Below are positions 48,860-58,886 of a stretch of DNA of 64,000 bases, piece by piece. Positions within the stretch are counted from its first letter, which is position 1; each line of letters opens with the position of its first letter. Below the pieces are notes generated by a model. It ran no database searches and was not told where the DNA came from. It saw only the letters and a program-made list of their open reading frames with translations. Made by a program: the position numbers and the translations under genes. Source of the DNA: a virus; IMG/VR virus record IMGVR_UViG_3300042352_001346, positions 16,909-80,908 of that record; one strand, given 5' to 3'.

Positions 48860-50230
48860 ATGTCAGCAAATTTTTCAAGTAAAATTACAGCAGCTTTATC
48901 ACATATTCAAAAGAATATTAGTAGTGAGATTTTAGTAGATTTAGAAGATAAAGATAAATATGAATATAATTGTCTTTGTAAAAGTGGTTCAATTGGATTA
49001 GATATAGCTTTAGGCAATGGATGGGTAAAATCAAGATTTATTGAATTATCAGGTCCTGAAAGTAGTGGTAAAACCACACTAGCCATTTTAGCAATTATTG
49101 CTGTACAAAAAAGAGGAGGAACTGCTGCTTTTATAGATGCAGAACATGCTTTTTCATTAAAATATTTTAGAGAATTAGGAGGAGATACTAATAAATTAAT
49201 ATTAGTTCAACCTGATACTGCTGAACAAGCATTAGAATCTTTAAGAATATTAATTGGTACAGGTGAAATTGAAGTTGGTGTATTAGATAGTACAAATGCA
49301 CTTGCACCTGAGACTGAAATGGAAGGTGAAGCAGGAGATTTAAAAGTTGGTTTAGCTGCAAGATTATTATCTCAACATTGTAGGCAAATGACACCTTTAA
49401 TGAAATTACCTATTGAACCAACTATATTTTATATTTCTCAAATGAGAGAAAAAATAGGTGTTATGTATGGAGACCCTAGAGTTATTGGTGTTGGTAATGC
49501 AATGAAATTTTATGCATCACAAAGAGTAATGTTTAAAATAATTGAGAAGATTGAAGGAGGTGAAAATAAAGAATATATTGGTAATAAAGTAAGAGCAACA
49601 GTTATTAAAAATAAAGTTGCACCACCTTTTAGAGAAGCTGAATTTGTAGTTATTTATGGTGTTGGTATTTCAAGAGAATATGAAATAATTGAAGCAGCAT
49701 TAAAATTAAAAGTACTTATTAAAACAGGTCAAGGTATATTAACAGGGTTTGAAACACCATTATGGAGTGGACCTATAGGTACTTCTGAACCAAAAGCACT
49801 TGAAGCATTTAAAACTGATGATTTTGCAGATTTAAAATATGAAGTTGAGCAAAGGTTAAAAGTTGAATTAAAAGAATTAACAGAAGAAGAGTGTAATAAT
49901 TCTTTAATTGAATTACATAAAAAATATAATGATAAAAATGTAGCATTTGAAGAAATGATGAAATATGCTAATCTTTATTCAGGTAAATCATTACATATTG
50001 AATCTTTATATTTTTCAAATGAAGCTTCTAGAATAAAACCACTTGATAAAATAGCTGCTAAAAAAGTAAAAGATATGGAAGCTAAAATATATCAAAGGTT
50101 TTTAAAGAAAGAAGAATTTAAACCTGAAATAGTTATTGAATATGGTGGTGAAGAAAATATAGATTTAAAACAAACTGTAGTATTAACTATATCTAATGAA
50201 GGTAGAATAACTGATGTTAAACATTCATAA
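48860..50230 (+). CDS. recA: RecA recombinase with C-terminal extension
   Basis: GPESSGKTT, AAFIDAEHA, QPDTAEQALE, GLAARLLSQ, KFYASQR, KNKVAPPFR. Confidence 0.92.
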   Translation: MSANFSSKITAALSHIQKNISSEILVDLEDKDKYEYNCLCKSGSIGLDIALGNGWVKSRFIELSGPESSGKTTLAILAIIAVQKRGGTAAFIDAEHAFSLKYFRELGGDTNKLILVQPDTAEQALESLRILIGTGEIEVGVLDSTNALAPETEMEGEAGDLKVGLAARLLSQHCRQMTPLMKLPIEPTIFYISQMREKIGVMYGDPRVIGVGNAMKFYASQRVMFKIIEKIEGGENKEYIGNKVRATVIKNKVAPPFREAEFVVIYGVGISREYEIIEAALKLKVLIKTGQGILTGFETPLWSGPIGTSEPKALEAFKTDDFADLKYEVEQRLKVELKELTEEECNNSLIELHKKYNDKNVAFEEMMKYANLYSGKSLHIESLYFSNEASRIKPLDKIAAKKVKDMEAKIYQRFLKKEEFKPEIVIEYGGEENIDLKQTVVLTISNEGRITDVKHS

Positions 50231-50243
50231 ATTGTAAAGTAAT

Positions 50244-52292
50244 ATGTGGAAACCACAAAAGATTGTAATTAAAGGTGTTGGTCCTTATTCAAATATAGAT
50301 TATTTATATAATGTAGGAAGCATTCGCTTCCTGCAGGGTATAAATTTAGATGATGTAGGACAAAAGAATAATGGTTCAGGTAAATCATTTATACCTGAAT
50401 GTGCTTTTATTGCCTTAACAGGTAGTTGTTTTAGAAAATTAAGTTTAAAAGAACTTATTAAAGATGGATTTGAACAAGGTGAAATAATATTTACTTTAAC
50501 AAATGAATTTTTAAAAGAAACATTAGAAATAACTCGTATTATTAAAGATTCAGGTCAAAAATGCCAAATTAAAAATAATGATAAAATTGAAAGAGCATTT
50601 ACAACTGGATTGGAAGAATGTGCAAAATATTTATTTTCAAAGATAGAAATATCTAATGAAGATTTAATGAACTTTTATATTGTTCAAAAAGATAAATATA
50701 AAAGTTTTTTTGATTGTGGAGATACTGAACAAAAGAAAATTATATCTCGTTTTAGTCGTAGTAATGTTTTAAATGGTATAGATAAAATTATTGAAAAAGA
50801 TACTCAAATTGAAAAAGATAAAATCAATTCTTATCAATTAGAAATATCTAACTTAACTTCTAAAAATGAAGTTTATAGAGAAGAAATTGATAAAATTGAA
50901 AAATACAATCCTGATGAAGAAAAAAGAAAGGATTTAAAAATAGAAGATGATGGAATATATCAATTAAATAAAGATATACAATTAGAAAAAAATAAATTAA
51001 TCCCAATTAATAATGAAATTGAAGAGTTAAATCAATTAGTAATTTTAACTCAAAGAGAAATTATTAGTCAAAAATCATTAATAGATTCTTTTGTTTTTTC
51101 TATAAAACAAGAAGATATAGATAATGTAGAAAAAGATAAAAAACAAGTAGAAATTTTAATTACTAATATTGAAAAAGTTAAAGAAAATAATTTAAAAGCT
51201 AATCGTGAACATAGTAAGGAACTTAATGAAATTTTATTAAAATTAAATGATTTTATTAAATGTCCTAAATGTAATCATGAATTTTCATTTAAAGATTCAA
51301 ATGAAGATGTATCTTTAGTACGTAAAAAGAAAATTGATTTACAATTAAAAATAGAAAGTATTACTAATGAAATTAAAGTTATTGAAAATGATATAACTTT
51401 AACAGATAAAAATAAAAAAGAATTTAGTGAAAAAATTCTATTACTTGAAAATAATTTAAAAAAAGAAAAAGCTGATAAAAATAAATTAGAAACTAATTTA
51501 ACTGAATTAGAAACTAATTTAAATAATTATTATCAAAAATTAAATACTAAAAAATTAAATTCTAATAATATTGAATTATTAATTCAATCTAAAAATAATC
51601 AAATTGAAATACATAAACAAAATATTATTTCAATTGAGAAGAAAAAGTATAATTCTGATGAAGATGGTAAAGAAAAAAATGAATATCTTGATAAAATATT
51701 AGCTAATGAAAAAATAATTCAAGAAAATGCAGATATAATATTAGATTTGCAAAAAACTATTAATACCAAAATAGAATGGATTGAATTATTTAAAAGATTT
51801 AATACATTTTTAAGTAATAAAGCTATAAAAAGTATTGAAGGTTATACTAATTTTTATTTACGTGAATTTGGTACAAATTTATCTGTATTAATTGAAGGTG
51901 AAAGAACATTAGCAAATGGTAAAGATACAAGGGAAGAAATTTCAGTTCAAGTAGTACGAAATGGAATAATTGCAGCAAATTATCAAAGGTTTAGTTCCGG
52001 TGAAAAAGTTAGAACTAAATTAGCAAATATAAAAGCATTTCAAACTTTAATAAATTTATCTACACAAAATGGTGGTTTAGATTATTTATCATTAGACGAA
52101 ATTATTGAAAGTCTTGATAATGTTGGGGTTAATCTTTTAGGTCAGGCTTTAAAAGAAATACATTCTACAATTGAAATAGTTACTTTTACAAATAATGATA
52201 TAATGAATGTTGATACATTATATTGTGTTAAAGAAAATGATAATACTACAATAATTACACAAGTTGAAGCAAAAAATAGAAATTTAATTTGA
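50244..52292 (+). CDS. SbcC/Rad50-like SMC ATPase
   Basis: NGSGKS, coiled coil with CPKC zinc hook, FSSGEK signature, LDE. Confidence 0.88.
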   Translation: MWKPQKIVIKGVGPYSNIDYLYNVGSIRFLQGINLDDVGQKNNGSGKSFIPECAFIALTGSCFRKLSLKELIKDGFEQGEIIFTLTNEFLKETLEITRIIKDSGQKCQIKNNDKIERAFTTGLEECAKYLFSKIEISNEDLMNFYIVQKDKYKSFFDCGDTEQKKIISRFSRSNVLNGIDKIIEKDTQIEKDKINSYQLEISNLTSKNEVYREEIDKIEKYNPDEEKRKDLKIEDDGIYQLNKDIQLEKNKLIPINNEIEELNQLVILTQREIISQKSLIDSFVFSIKQEDIDNVEKDKKQVEILITNIEKVKENNLKANREHSKELNEILLKLNDFIKCPKCNHEFSFKDSNEDVSLVRKKKIDLQLKIESITNEIKVIENDITLTDKNKKEFSEKILLLENNLKKEKADKNKLETNLTELETNLNNYYQKLNTKKLNSNNIELLIQSKNNQIEIHKQNIISIEKKKYNSDEDGKEKNEYLDKILANEKIIQENADIILDLQKTINTKIEWIELFKRFNTFLSNKAIKSIEGYTNFYLREFGTNLSVLIEGERTLANGKDTREEISVQVVRNGIIAANYQRFSSGEKVRTKLANIKAFQTLINLSTQNGGLDYLSLDEIIESLDNVGVNLLGQALKEIHSTIEIVTFTNNDIMNVDTLYCVKENDNTTIITQVEAKNRNLI

Positions 52293-52314
52293 TGAAAAAT
52301 TCCTAAATTTTATT

Positions 52315-52322
52315 TATCTTTG
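52315..52322 (+). promoter_or_regulatory. -7 promoter element
   Basis: TAtcTTTG upstream of ATG 52338. Confidence 0.5.
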
Positions 52323-52337
52323 TATAAATTCATCAAA

Positions 52338-52973
52338 ATGACTAAAATTTGTAGTGAATGTAAATGTGATTTAGAATTAAATGAAGATAATTTTTATAAA
52401 AGATGGTCTAATCAAGAATTATCTTTACAAAATTCAGGAAATCAATGTAAAAATTGTGTTAAACAAAGATTAAAAGATAATCATTTTTCTAGTAAAACAG
52501 AAGAAGGTAAAATTATATTACTTACTTATAGAGAATTTGTACAAGAAAATAGTATTTTATTTTCAGAAAATAAAAGAAGATGCAAACATTGTACAGAGAT
52601 AAAGAATCTAAATAATGATTTTTATACAGATTCTACTATGATTGGAGGTAAAAGAATAATTTGTAAATTATGTGATAAAAAACAAAATTATTTAAGTAAA
52701 TATGGTATAACTTTTGAACAATTACAAAATATTTTAACTCTTCAAAATAATAAATGCTTAATTTGTTTAAATGAAGTCAAAATGTTTATTTTTGATTTTA
52801 CTAATGGTGATAAAAGAGAAAGTCATTTTGGAGTGATTGACCATTGTCATAAAACTAAAAATATAAGAGGTATTTTATGTGATACTTGTAATAAAGGATT
52901 AGGTTTTTTTAAAGATGATATAAATTTATTAAATTCGGCAATAAAATATTTAAATGAGAGTATTATCAATTGA
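52338..52973 (+). CDS. Endonuclease VII-family (HNH-like) protein with tandem zinc fingers, probable homing endonuclease
   Basis: KYGIT, Q..KCLIC, IDHCH...IRGILC..CNKGLG.FKD; start probably ATG 52338. Confidence 0.8.
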   Translation: MTKICSECKCDLELNEDNFYKRWSNQELSLQNSGNQCKNCVKQRLKDNHFSSKTEEGKIILLTYREFVQENSILFSENKRRCKHCTEIKNLNNDFYTDSTMIGGKRIICKLCDKKQNYLSKYGITFEQLQNILTLQNNKCLICLNEVKMFIFDFTNGDKRESHFGVIDHCHKTKNIRGILCDTCNKGLGFFKDDINLLNSAIKYLNESIIN

Positions 52974-53481
52974 TGCAGGAAATATTCAAAGTGCATATAT
53001 TATTTTTTGTAATATAGAAAAAAGAGTAGTACAAAAAAATATTTTACCAAATAATGAATTTTTAAATGAAATTCTACATAGTTGTTTTGATGAAGTAGCA
53101 ATTGAAAAAATAATATCTATGGGAATGCCAGTTGGAGATACAACATTTCAAACTGTATTTCAAAATGGAAGAATTTATCAAGCAATATATGATAAATTTG
53201 GTATTGTAGCTAATTTATATTCAAGATTAGATATTAAAGTTCATTTATGTTATACAACTAGAGCAAAGGACCCAAATGTAAGAATGGCATTAGTAAATCG
53301 ATTTGGAGAACCAAGTACTAAAAAAAATCCACATAATATTTATAATGAATTAACAGATAAAATTTATTTTGGTACACATTTTTGGTCTTGTTTAGCTGTT
53401 GCTATGTATCATATAGAACCACATCATCATTTTCCAATTAGAGTAGATGAATGGGGAAATTATAAAGAAGTAAAAGGATAA
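52954..53481 (+). CDS. RuvC-like Holliday junction resolvase
   Basis: VLSIDAG...SAY, VAIE, K.HLC...AKD..VR.AL, W..LAVA. Confidence 0.65.
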   Translation: MRVLSIDAGNIQSAYIIFCNIEKRVVQKNILPNNEFLNEILHSCFDEVAIEKIISMGMPVGDTTFQTVFQNGRIYQAIYDKFGIVANLYSRLDIKVHLCYTTRAKDPNVRMALVNRFGEPSTKKNPHNIYNELTDKIYFGTHFWSCLAVAMYHIEPHHHFPIRVDEWGNYKEVKG

Positions 53482-53484
53482 TTT

Positions 53485-53709
53485 ATGGGTGAACAAATTG
53501 AACAATGGTATTATAATGTAAAATACTATTTAAATTATATTGAACCAATACATAAAGAGTTTAATATACCTATTAATGATAAAAGTCAAATTTTATCTGA
53601 ACAACAACAAATTTCATTTTTACATAGAATGAAACATGAACATATAGATGAATGTTTCATTAAAATACAATCATCAACTAAATTTAGTAAGTTAATTAAA
53701 ATAAAGTAA
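53485..53709 (+). CDS. Hypothetical protein
   Basis: 74-aa ORF. Confidence 0.4.
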   Translation: MGEQIEQWYYNVKYYLNYIEPIHKEFNIPINDKSQILSEQQQISFLHRMKHEHIDECFIKIQSSTKFSKLIKIK

Positions 53710-53711
53710 AA

Positions 53712-53743
53712 TTTGGAAATTTAAAACTTTCTTACTATCTTTG
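53712..53743 (+). promoter_or_regulatory. Bacteroidota-type promoter
   Basis: TTTG (53712) + 20 nt + TAtcTTTG (53736). Confidence 0.7.
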
Positions 53744-53761
53744 CATTAATAAAAAATAATT

Positions 53762-54334
53762 ATGAATTTTCCAAAAAAGATTTTTTTCTTTGTAGGTGCA
53801 TCAGGAGTTGGTAAATCAACATTAATTAATTATTTAAGAGAAAATTTTACTGTAGATGCAAAAGAAATATCTGCTAGACCTTATCTACCTAAAAAAGAAG
53901 GTTCTTATGACCAAATTTTAACAGATGAATCTCAAGCTGTAATTGTTCAAAGTAGAACATTAACAGTACTTGAAGATTTATTTTCATATCAACAAGGAAC
54001 TAAAACTATACCTACAATTTATTCACGTTCTCCTATATGTAATTTAGCATATTCTCGTGTATTAAGTAAAGGTTTATTTTTAGAATCACTCAATTTAAAA
54101 GAGATTGAGATTTGTAAACAATATTGTTATTTTATATATATACCTGTTGAGTTTGAAATGGTAGAAAATGATGATAAAGTTAGAGGTACTAATAGAGAAG
54201 TACAACTTGAAACAGATACTGCAATTGTAAAAATAATGAGTGATTCAGGTATTACTCCTTTTATTCTTACAGGTTCAATTGAAGAAAGATTTAAAAAATT
54301 AAATTATATTTTTATAGATTATAAAATTAATTAA
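53762..54334 (+). CDS. P-loop nucleotide kinase (AAA_28/NadR-like)
   Basis: GASGVGKST, E.SAR, RS..C.LAY, DDKVR, GSIEER; directly upstream of thyX. Confidence 0.7.
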   Translation: MNFPKKIFFFVGASGVGKSTLINYLRENFTVDAKEISARPYLPKKEGSYDQILTDESQAVIVQSRTLTVLEDLFSYQQGTKTIPTIYSRSPICNLAYSRVLSKGLFLESLNLKEIEICKQYCYFIYIPVEFEMVENDDKVRGTNREVQLETDTAIVKIMSDSGITPFILTGSIEERFKKLNYIFIDYKIN

Positions 54335-54335
54335 A

Positions 54336-55511
54336 ATGATACAAGCCAAAGTAATTGCAGATAGTAAAAATGAGTTCGATAATCGTATAACTACCATGGT
54401 AGTTACATTTCCTAGAATTATTCTTGCAGAATTAAATACTCATAGAATGTTGAGTAAAAATAGTGCAAGTAGTAGAGCAATACCTACTAAAAAAATGATT
54501 AAAATGATATTAGATAATCCTTTCGTACCAATTGCTTGGCAAAAAGAACATACCGGTATGCAAGGATTTGAATACTACGATAATGAGGAAAAATTTTCTA
54601 TTATCGATTTATCTGAAATTATGTTTCAGAGATTGAGAAAAATGTATATTAATACAGAAGATAATACAGAAGAAGAAATAAGTGATGAAGTATTAACTTT
54701 TTATAATAATATTTTCTTAAACTTTAGAGGTAGTTATACATTAAATGAATTTTGGTTATTAATAAGAAATAAAGTACTTGAGTGTGTATTATTATTATAT
54801 TGTTTAGGAGTAACTAAACAACTTTGTAATCGTTTATTAGAACCTTTTATGTGGCATACAGTAATTGTAACAGCTACAGAATGGGAAAATTTCTTTCATT
54901 TAAGATGTCCTCAATATTGGTGTAATACAGATAATTCAATTCATAAAAGTAAAAAAGATTGGATTAAGCATCGTAAAATTGAATCAGATAGAATAGATAA
55001 ATTAGATGAAGGTCAAGCTACTGTATCTTTTTCTAAAGGATTTACAAAACCAACTAATGAAGAATGGTTATTTTTAAATAAAGGTCAAGCAGAAATTCAC
55101 ATGATGGCTCTTGCAGAAGCTATGTATGATGCTCTTAATGAATCTACTCCTAAAAAACTTAAAGCAGGTGAATGGCATATTCCATTTGGTGATAGTATTA
55201 AAGAACCTAAATTATATTCTTTAATGGCTAGTAAATATGGTGAAGGATTACCTCAACCTGAATGGAGTAGTAAGTTTTGGAATATGAAAATTCAAATAGC
55301 AATTGCTATGTGTGCAAGAGTATCTTATACAGTTGTAGGTGAAGAAGGTAAAGAACCTAATTATGAAAATGATATTAAACTTCATGATAGACTTTTAAAA
55401 AGTGGACATGCTTCTCCATTTGAACATGTAGCACAATCATCTAATATAAATGAAATAAGTGGTAATTTTTTAGGAGGATGGAAACAATACAGGAAAATAT
55501 TGGGATTATAG
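54336..55511 (+). CDS. thyX: Flavin-dependent thymidylate synthase with insertions
   Basis: AELNTHR...NSASSRAIP, KQLCNRLLEPF, NFFHLR, CARVSY, H.SPFEH. Confidence 0.85.
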   Translation: MIQAKVIADSKNEFDNRITTMVVTFPRIILAELNTHRMLSKNSASSRAIPTKKMIKMILDNPFVPIAWQKEHTGMQGFEYYDNEEKFSIIDLSEIMFQRLRKMYINTEDNTEEEISDEVLTFYNNIFLNFRGSYTLNEFWLLIRNKVLECVLLLYCLGVTKQLCNRLLEPFMWHTVIVTATEWENFFHLRCPQYWCNTDNSIHKSKKDWIKHRKIESDRIDKLDEGQATVSFSKGFTKPTNEEWLFLNKGQAEIHMMALAEAMYDALNESTPKKLKAGEWHIPFGDSIKEPKLYSLMASKYGEGLPQPEWSSKFWNMKIQIAIAMCARVSYTVVGEEGKEPNYENDIKLHDRLLKSGHASPFEHVAQSSNINEISGNFLGGWKQYRKILGL

Positions 55512-56182
55512 AAAATAAAATTTGTATTATTTGTAATATAGAAAAAGAATCAAATGAAGATAATTTTCCTTATTATAGAGGTAATGATAATATTTTAAAA
55601 TTTAGAAATGTATGTAAAATTTGTAGAAATAAACAAAAACAACAATCTAAAATAAATTTAGGTTTAATTAAAGGTGAAGATAATAGTTTCTATTCAAATC
55701 AATTTTTAATAAAAGCAAATTTAATACATGATAATAAATATAATTATTCTAAAGTTATTTATAATGGAGTAAGAAATAAAGTAGAAATAATTTGTTTAAA
55801 ACATGGTTCTTTTGAACAAAGACCAAATGCTCATTTATTAGGACAAGGTTGTCCTAACTGTTCAATTTCATTAGGAGAAAATAAAATATTAAAATATTTA
55901 TTAAGTAAAGATATTTCTTTTAAACAAGAAAAAACATTTGATAATAAATTTTGGTTTGATTTTTATATACCTTCATTAAATTTTTGTATTGAATATCAAG
56001 GTGAACAACATTATTTAGAAAATAACTTCTTTTCTAAATCTTTATTTGAAAATAAAATAATTGATAAAGAAAAAAGAAATTTTTTAAAACAACTAAATAT
56101 AAGATTATTAATAATACCTTATACAAAATTTTTGAAAATAGAAGTAATAATAGATAATTATTTAAAATATATTAATGGATAA
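55478..56182 (+). CDS. Free-standing putative homing endonuclease
   Basis: Zinc finger; KYNYSKV.Y...KV.IIC.KHG.F.Q....HL.G.GCP.C repeat; FDFYIP...IEYQGEQH. Confidence 0.7.
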   Translation: METIQENIGIIENKICIICNIEKESNEDNFPYYRGNDNILKFRNVCKICRNKQKQQSKINLGLIKGEDNSFYSNQFLIKANLIHDNKYNYSKVIYNGVRNKVEIICLKHGSFEQRPNAHLLGQGCPNCSISLGENKILKYLLSKDISFKQEKTFDNKFWFDFYIPSLNFCIEYQGEQHYLENNFFSKSLFENKIIDKEKRNFLKQLNIRLLIIPYTKFLKIEVIIDNYLKYING

Positions 56183-56489
56183 TTTTCAATGTTCTTGTGG
56201 CAAGACTCATTTTATACCATCTTACAAAACTAAAGTTGTAGATGGTGAATTAGTACATTGTGATAAAAAAAGTGGTTTGCCTTTAAAATGTACTTGTAAA
56301 TCTAAAAAAAATATTTTAATACCAATTGAAAGAGAGGTAGAAGGATTTACAGGTAATATTGGTGTATTTAGTAGTATGTCACTAACTGAAAAACAATCAT
56401 CATTAGCTAAACGTAGTAAAAAACATTCAGATAGATTTGCAAATTTAAATGATGTTAAATTTAATAGTAAAGGAGGTTTTAATTTATGA
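56175..56489 (+). CDS. Zinc-ribbon hypothetical protein
   Basis: CSCG...CTC. Confidence 0.5.
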   Translation: MDNFQCSCGKTHFIPSYKTKVVDGELVHCDKKSGLPLKCTCKSKKNILIPIEREVEGFTGNIGVFSSMSLTEKQSSLAKRSKKHSDRFANLNDVKFNSKGGFNL

Positions 56490-56770
56490 GTTACACATTA
56501 GAACAAAAAGCATCTACTCTTGCTTCAATAGGAGGTGTTAAAATTGCTAATATAGGTAATGAATGGTATGTATTTTCAACTTTTAATGAACCTACACTTC
56601 AATCAAAACATATATATCTTGAAGGCAAAAATATAACTAAATTTTTAGATTCAGTACAAACTGATAATGCTACTTCATTAACTAGTACAGTTAATGCTCA
56701 TGTAGAAAATTTACCTAAGGAAAAAAGAAAATTTCATGAAGCTACTCCATGGCAAATATGGATTCCTTAG
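56486..56770 (+). CDS. Hypothetical protein
   Basis: 94-aa ORF. Confidence 0.5.
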   Translation: MSYTLEQKASTLASIGGVKIANIGNEWYVFSTFNEPTLQSKHIYLEGKNITKFLDSVQTDNATSLTSTVNAHVENLPKEKRKFHEATPWQIWIP

Positions 56771-56899
56771 AAAGTTGCGCCGAAAATCTTTTAGTTGCAT
56801 GTGTTGCCACTACGACCCTCTAGACCGCCGTAGTTATTTCTATTGATTTTTTCGGCACCTTCGCTGCAGTTTCATTGATTTGTATAGTAGCCTATACAA
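56771..56899 (-). ncRNA. Candidate structured RNA or cis-element
   Basis: GC-rich island; nested stems 56777-88/56845-58 and 56809-16/56827-34, whose A-C mismatches become G-U pairs on the minus strand. Confidence 0.4.
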
Positions 56900-56912
56900 C
56901 CCTTATACTAAT

Positions 56913-57569
56913 ATGAAGAAAAAAATAAGTAAATTTAATAATTCACCATTAACTCAATTAAAAATTGTTGAAGGTTTGTTTAAAGAAGCAAATCTAAAGG
57001 AATTATTATATGAACTTAAATTTTATTACTTATTAAAAAATAAAAACATACAAGGATTTTTTAAAAATGCAAAAATAAAAGTATCTAATTTTTCTCAATC
57101 TTACATTTATAAAATGTTTCAAAAACTAACTAAATTAGGTTGGTTAAAAAAATGTAAAGATGGATATTATTTAATTTCCTATAAAAATTTATTTAATTAT
57201 TTTGGCATTTCTCCTAAAAAGAAAAAAATATTTTGTATTAGCGCAAAGCAAATAGCGCAGTTTGAACTTATAATAGCATTTTTTGAAATTAAACTTAATT
57301 TATTTAGACAAAATTGGTTAGTTAGAAAGTTAATTAAACAGGTATCGATTCAAAAAACTGAACAGGATAAACCGATTAATACCTTTTGCTCTCTATCTTG
57401 CCAAGGAATATCTAATTTATTAGGTTATATTTCTGCTAAAAAAGGTTATGAAATTGAACATGAATTAGTTTCAATGGGTTTAATTAGTATTACTAAAAGA
57501 ATTAGTAAAAGAGGTAATATGCCTTTGATGACTGAAATAATTTGTTTAAAATCATTTTCATTATCTTAA
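56913..57569 (+). CDS. Basic protein with two putative winged-helix domains (Rep/regulator-like)
   Basis: SQSYIYKMFQKLTKLGWL and LSCQGISNLLG...L...GLISI; start probably ATG 56913. Confidence 0.5.
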   Translation: MKKKISKFNNSPLTQLKIVEGLFKEANLKELLYELKFYYLLKNKNIQGFFKNAKIKVSNFSQSYIYKMFQKLTKLGWLKKCKDGYYLISYKNLFNYFGISPKKKKIFCISAKQIAQFELIIAFFEIKLNLFRQNWLVRKLIKQVSIQKTEQDKPINTFCSLSCQGISNLLGYISAKKGYEIEHELVSMGLISITKRISKRGNMPLMTEIICLKSFSLS

Positions 57570-57625
57570 TGGAAATTCCCATGCTTAGGATTGGTTAATT
57601 AGGAAATAAATAAAATACACAATAA

Positions 57626-58141
57626 ATGGTTATATATATTTATACAGATGGAAGTTGTTGGCACAAAACAAGAGAAGGAGGTATTGGTATAAATTTATTA
57701 ATAAAAGAAAATGATAAAGTAATTTTACAACAATCATTTTATAAAGGTTTTTATGATACTACTATTAATCGTATGGAATTGTTAGCAGTTTTATTTGCTT
57801 TAAAATTAATTAATAACCCAAATGTACAAATTAATATTATATCAGATTCTGAATATGCAGTTAATTGTACTAAAAAAGGAATTAATATTAAAAATGGTAC
57901 ATATATTGAATATAGAATAGATTATAAAAATAAAGATATAATAGATATATTGTATAACCAAATTCAATATTTTACAAATTTAAATATATCTTGGACGAGA
58001 GGACATGATGGGAATGAAAATAATAATATTGCTGATAAATTAGCTTCAATTGCTTATCATGATAGTAAAAATAATAAAATAAAAGATAGTGGTTATTTTA
58101 CTAAAGATGTAATAAATGATATAAAACTTTTTAAAAAATAA
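57626..58141 (+). CDS. rnhA: Ribonuclease HI
   Basis: IYTDGSC, TINRMELLAV, SDSEY, NKD, WTRGH.G...N..ADKLA. Confidence 0.9.
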   Translation: MVIYIYTDGSCWHKTREGGIGINLLIKENDKVILQQSFYKGFYDTTINRMELLAVLFALKLINNPNVQINIISDSEYAVNCTKKGINIKNGTYIEYRIDYKNKDIIDILYNQIQYFTNLNISWTRGHDGNENNNIADKLASIAYHDSKNNKIKDSGYFTKDVINDIKLFKK

Positions 58142-58220
58142 ATATATTTGTATTAAAATTATTATTACAAATATAGAAAAATTTTTAAATCTCCAAGTTT
58201 TTTCTTCGGAGATTTTTTCG

Positions 58221-58296
58221 TACCTTTGTTAGAGAATTAAGGGTTACAAATGTATAAACTTAATTTAAAATTGTAAAAGTTTAAAAATTGTAAAAA
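58221..58296 (+). promoter_or_regulatory. -7 element plus hairpin/tandem ATTGTAAA leader
   Basis: TAccTTTG (58221), AATTAAG...CTTAATT stem, boxes at 58270 and 58287. Confidence 0.65.
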
Positions 58297-58875
58297 ATGT
58301 CAACTATCAAATTAACAACTATAGGTAATAGTTATTGGAATAAAACAGGTGCTTACCAAAGTGAATATGAATATCTTTATCAATTAAATGTTCCTAATCA
58401 AGGAATAGCTAAAACACTTAATGGCGAATTAATAAGAAGTATTTCCAGATTATTTTATGAATATTGCAATAATGGTAATTGTAATGCTTGTGAAGAAAAA
58501 ATTAAATATCATACCTATGATGTTACTTGCTCCAATTGTAATGGTGATGGAATAATTGATGAAGAAGAATGTACTAATTGCGGTGGTAGTGGTCTTGAAG
58601 AAGAGGAAGAAGAATATATCGAAGATACTTTAGTTACTCCTCATTATCAAATTTTTATAGATTTAATTGAAAAAACTGTACCATATATAGAAAGTACTAT
58701 TAATGCAGTTAGAGAAATTATTTTAATAGCTGGTTCTCATGGTACAACTTATTTTGATGATAAATTAATGGTAACATATAATGAACTTTGTGATAAAGTA
58801 ATATTTTATGTTTTAACTAATGAAGATAAAGAAATACCTTCTTGGTATATAGAACAATATAATTCACTTTTTTAA
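58297..58875 (+). CDS. Hypothetical protein with a DnaJ-type CxxCxGxG zinc finger
   Basis: CSNCNGDG and CTNCGGSG; N-terminal YW..G.YQ...VP..G...TL.GELIR. Confidence 0.55.
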   Translation: MSTIKLTTIGNSYWNKTGAYQSEYEYLYQLNVPNQGIAKTLNGELIRSISRLFYEYCNNGNCNACEEKIKYHTYDVTCSNCNGDGIIDEEECTNCGGSGLEEEEEEYIEDTLVTPHYQIFIDLIEKTVPYIESTINAVREIILIAGSHGTTYFDDKLMVTYNELCDKVIFYVLTNEDKEIPSWYIEQYNSLF

Positions 58876-58886
58876 TTTTATTATTT

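Noticed and set aside
589-49394. Minus-strand ORFs in the track (589, 2315, 19360, 25890, 36030, 37100, 44651, 46647, 47670, 49188) and the nested + ORF at 20607
   Set aside because: They are shadows of well-supported + strand genes or regulatory regions, with no motifs or initiation signals.
51486-51521. Direct repeat TTAGAAACTAATTTA in sbcC
   Set aside because: A simple heptad duplication (LETNLTELETNL) within the coiled coil.
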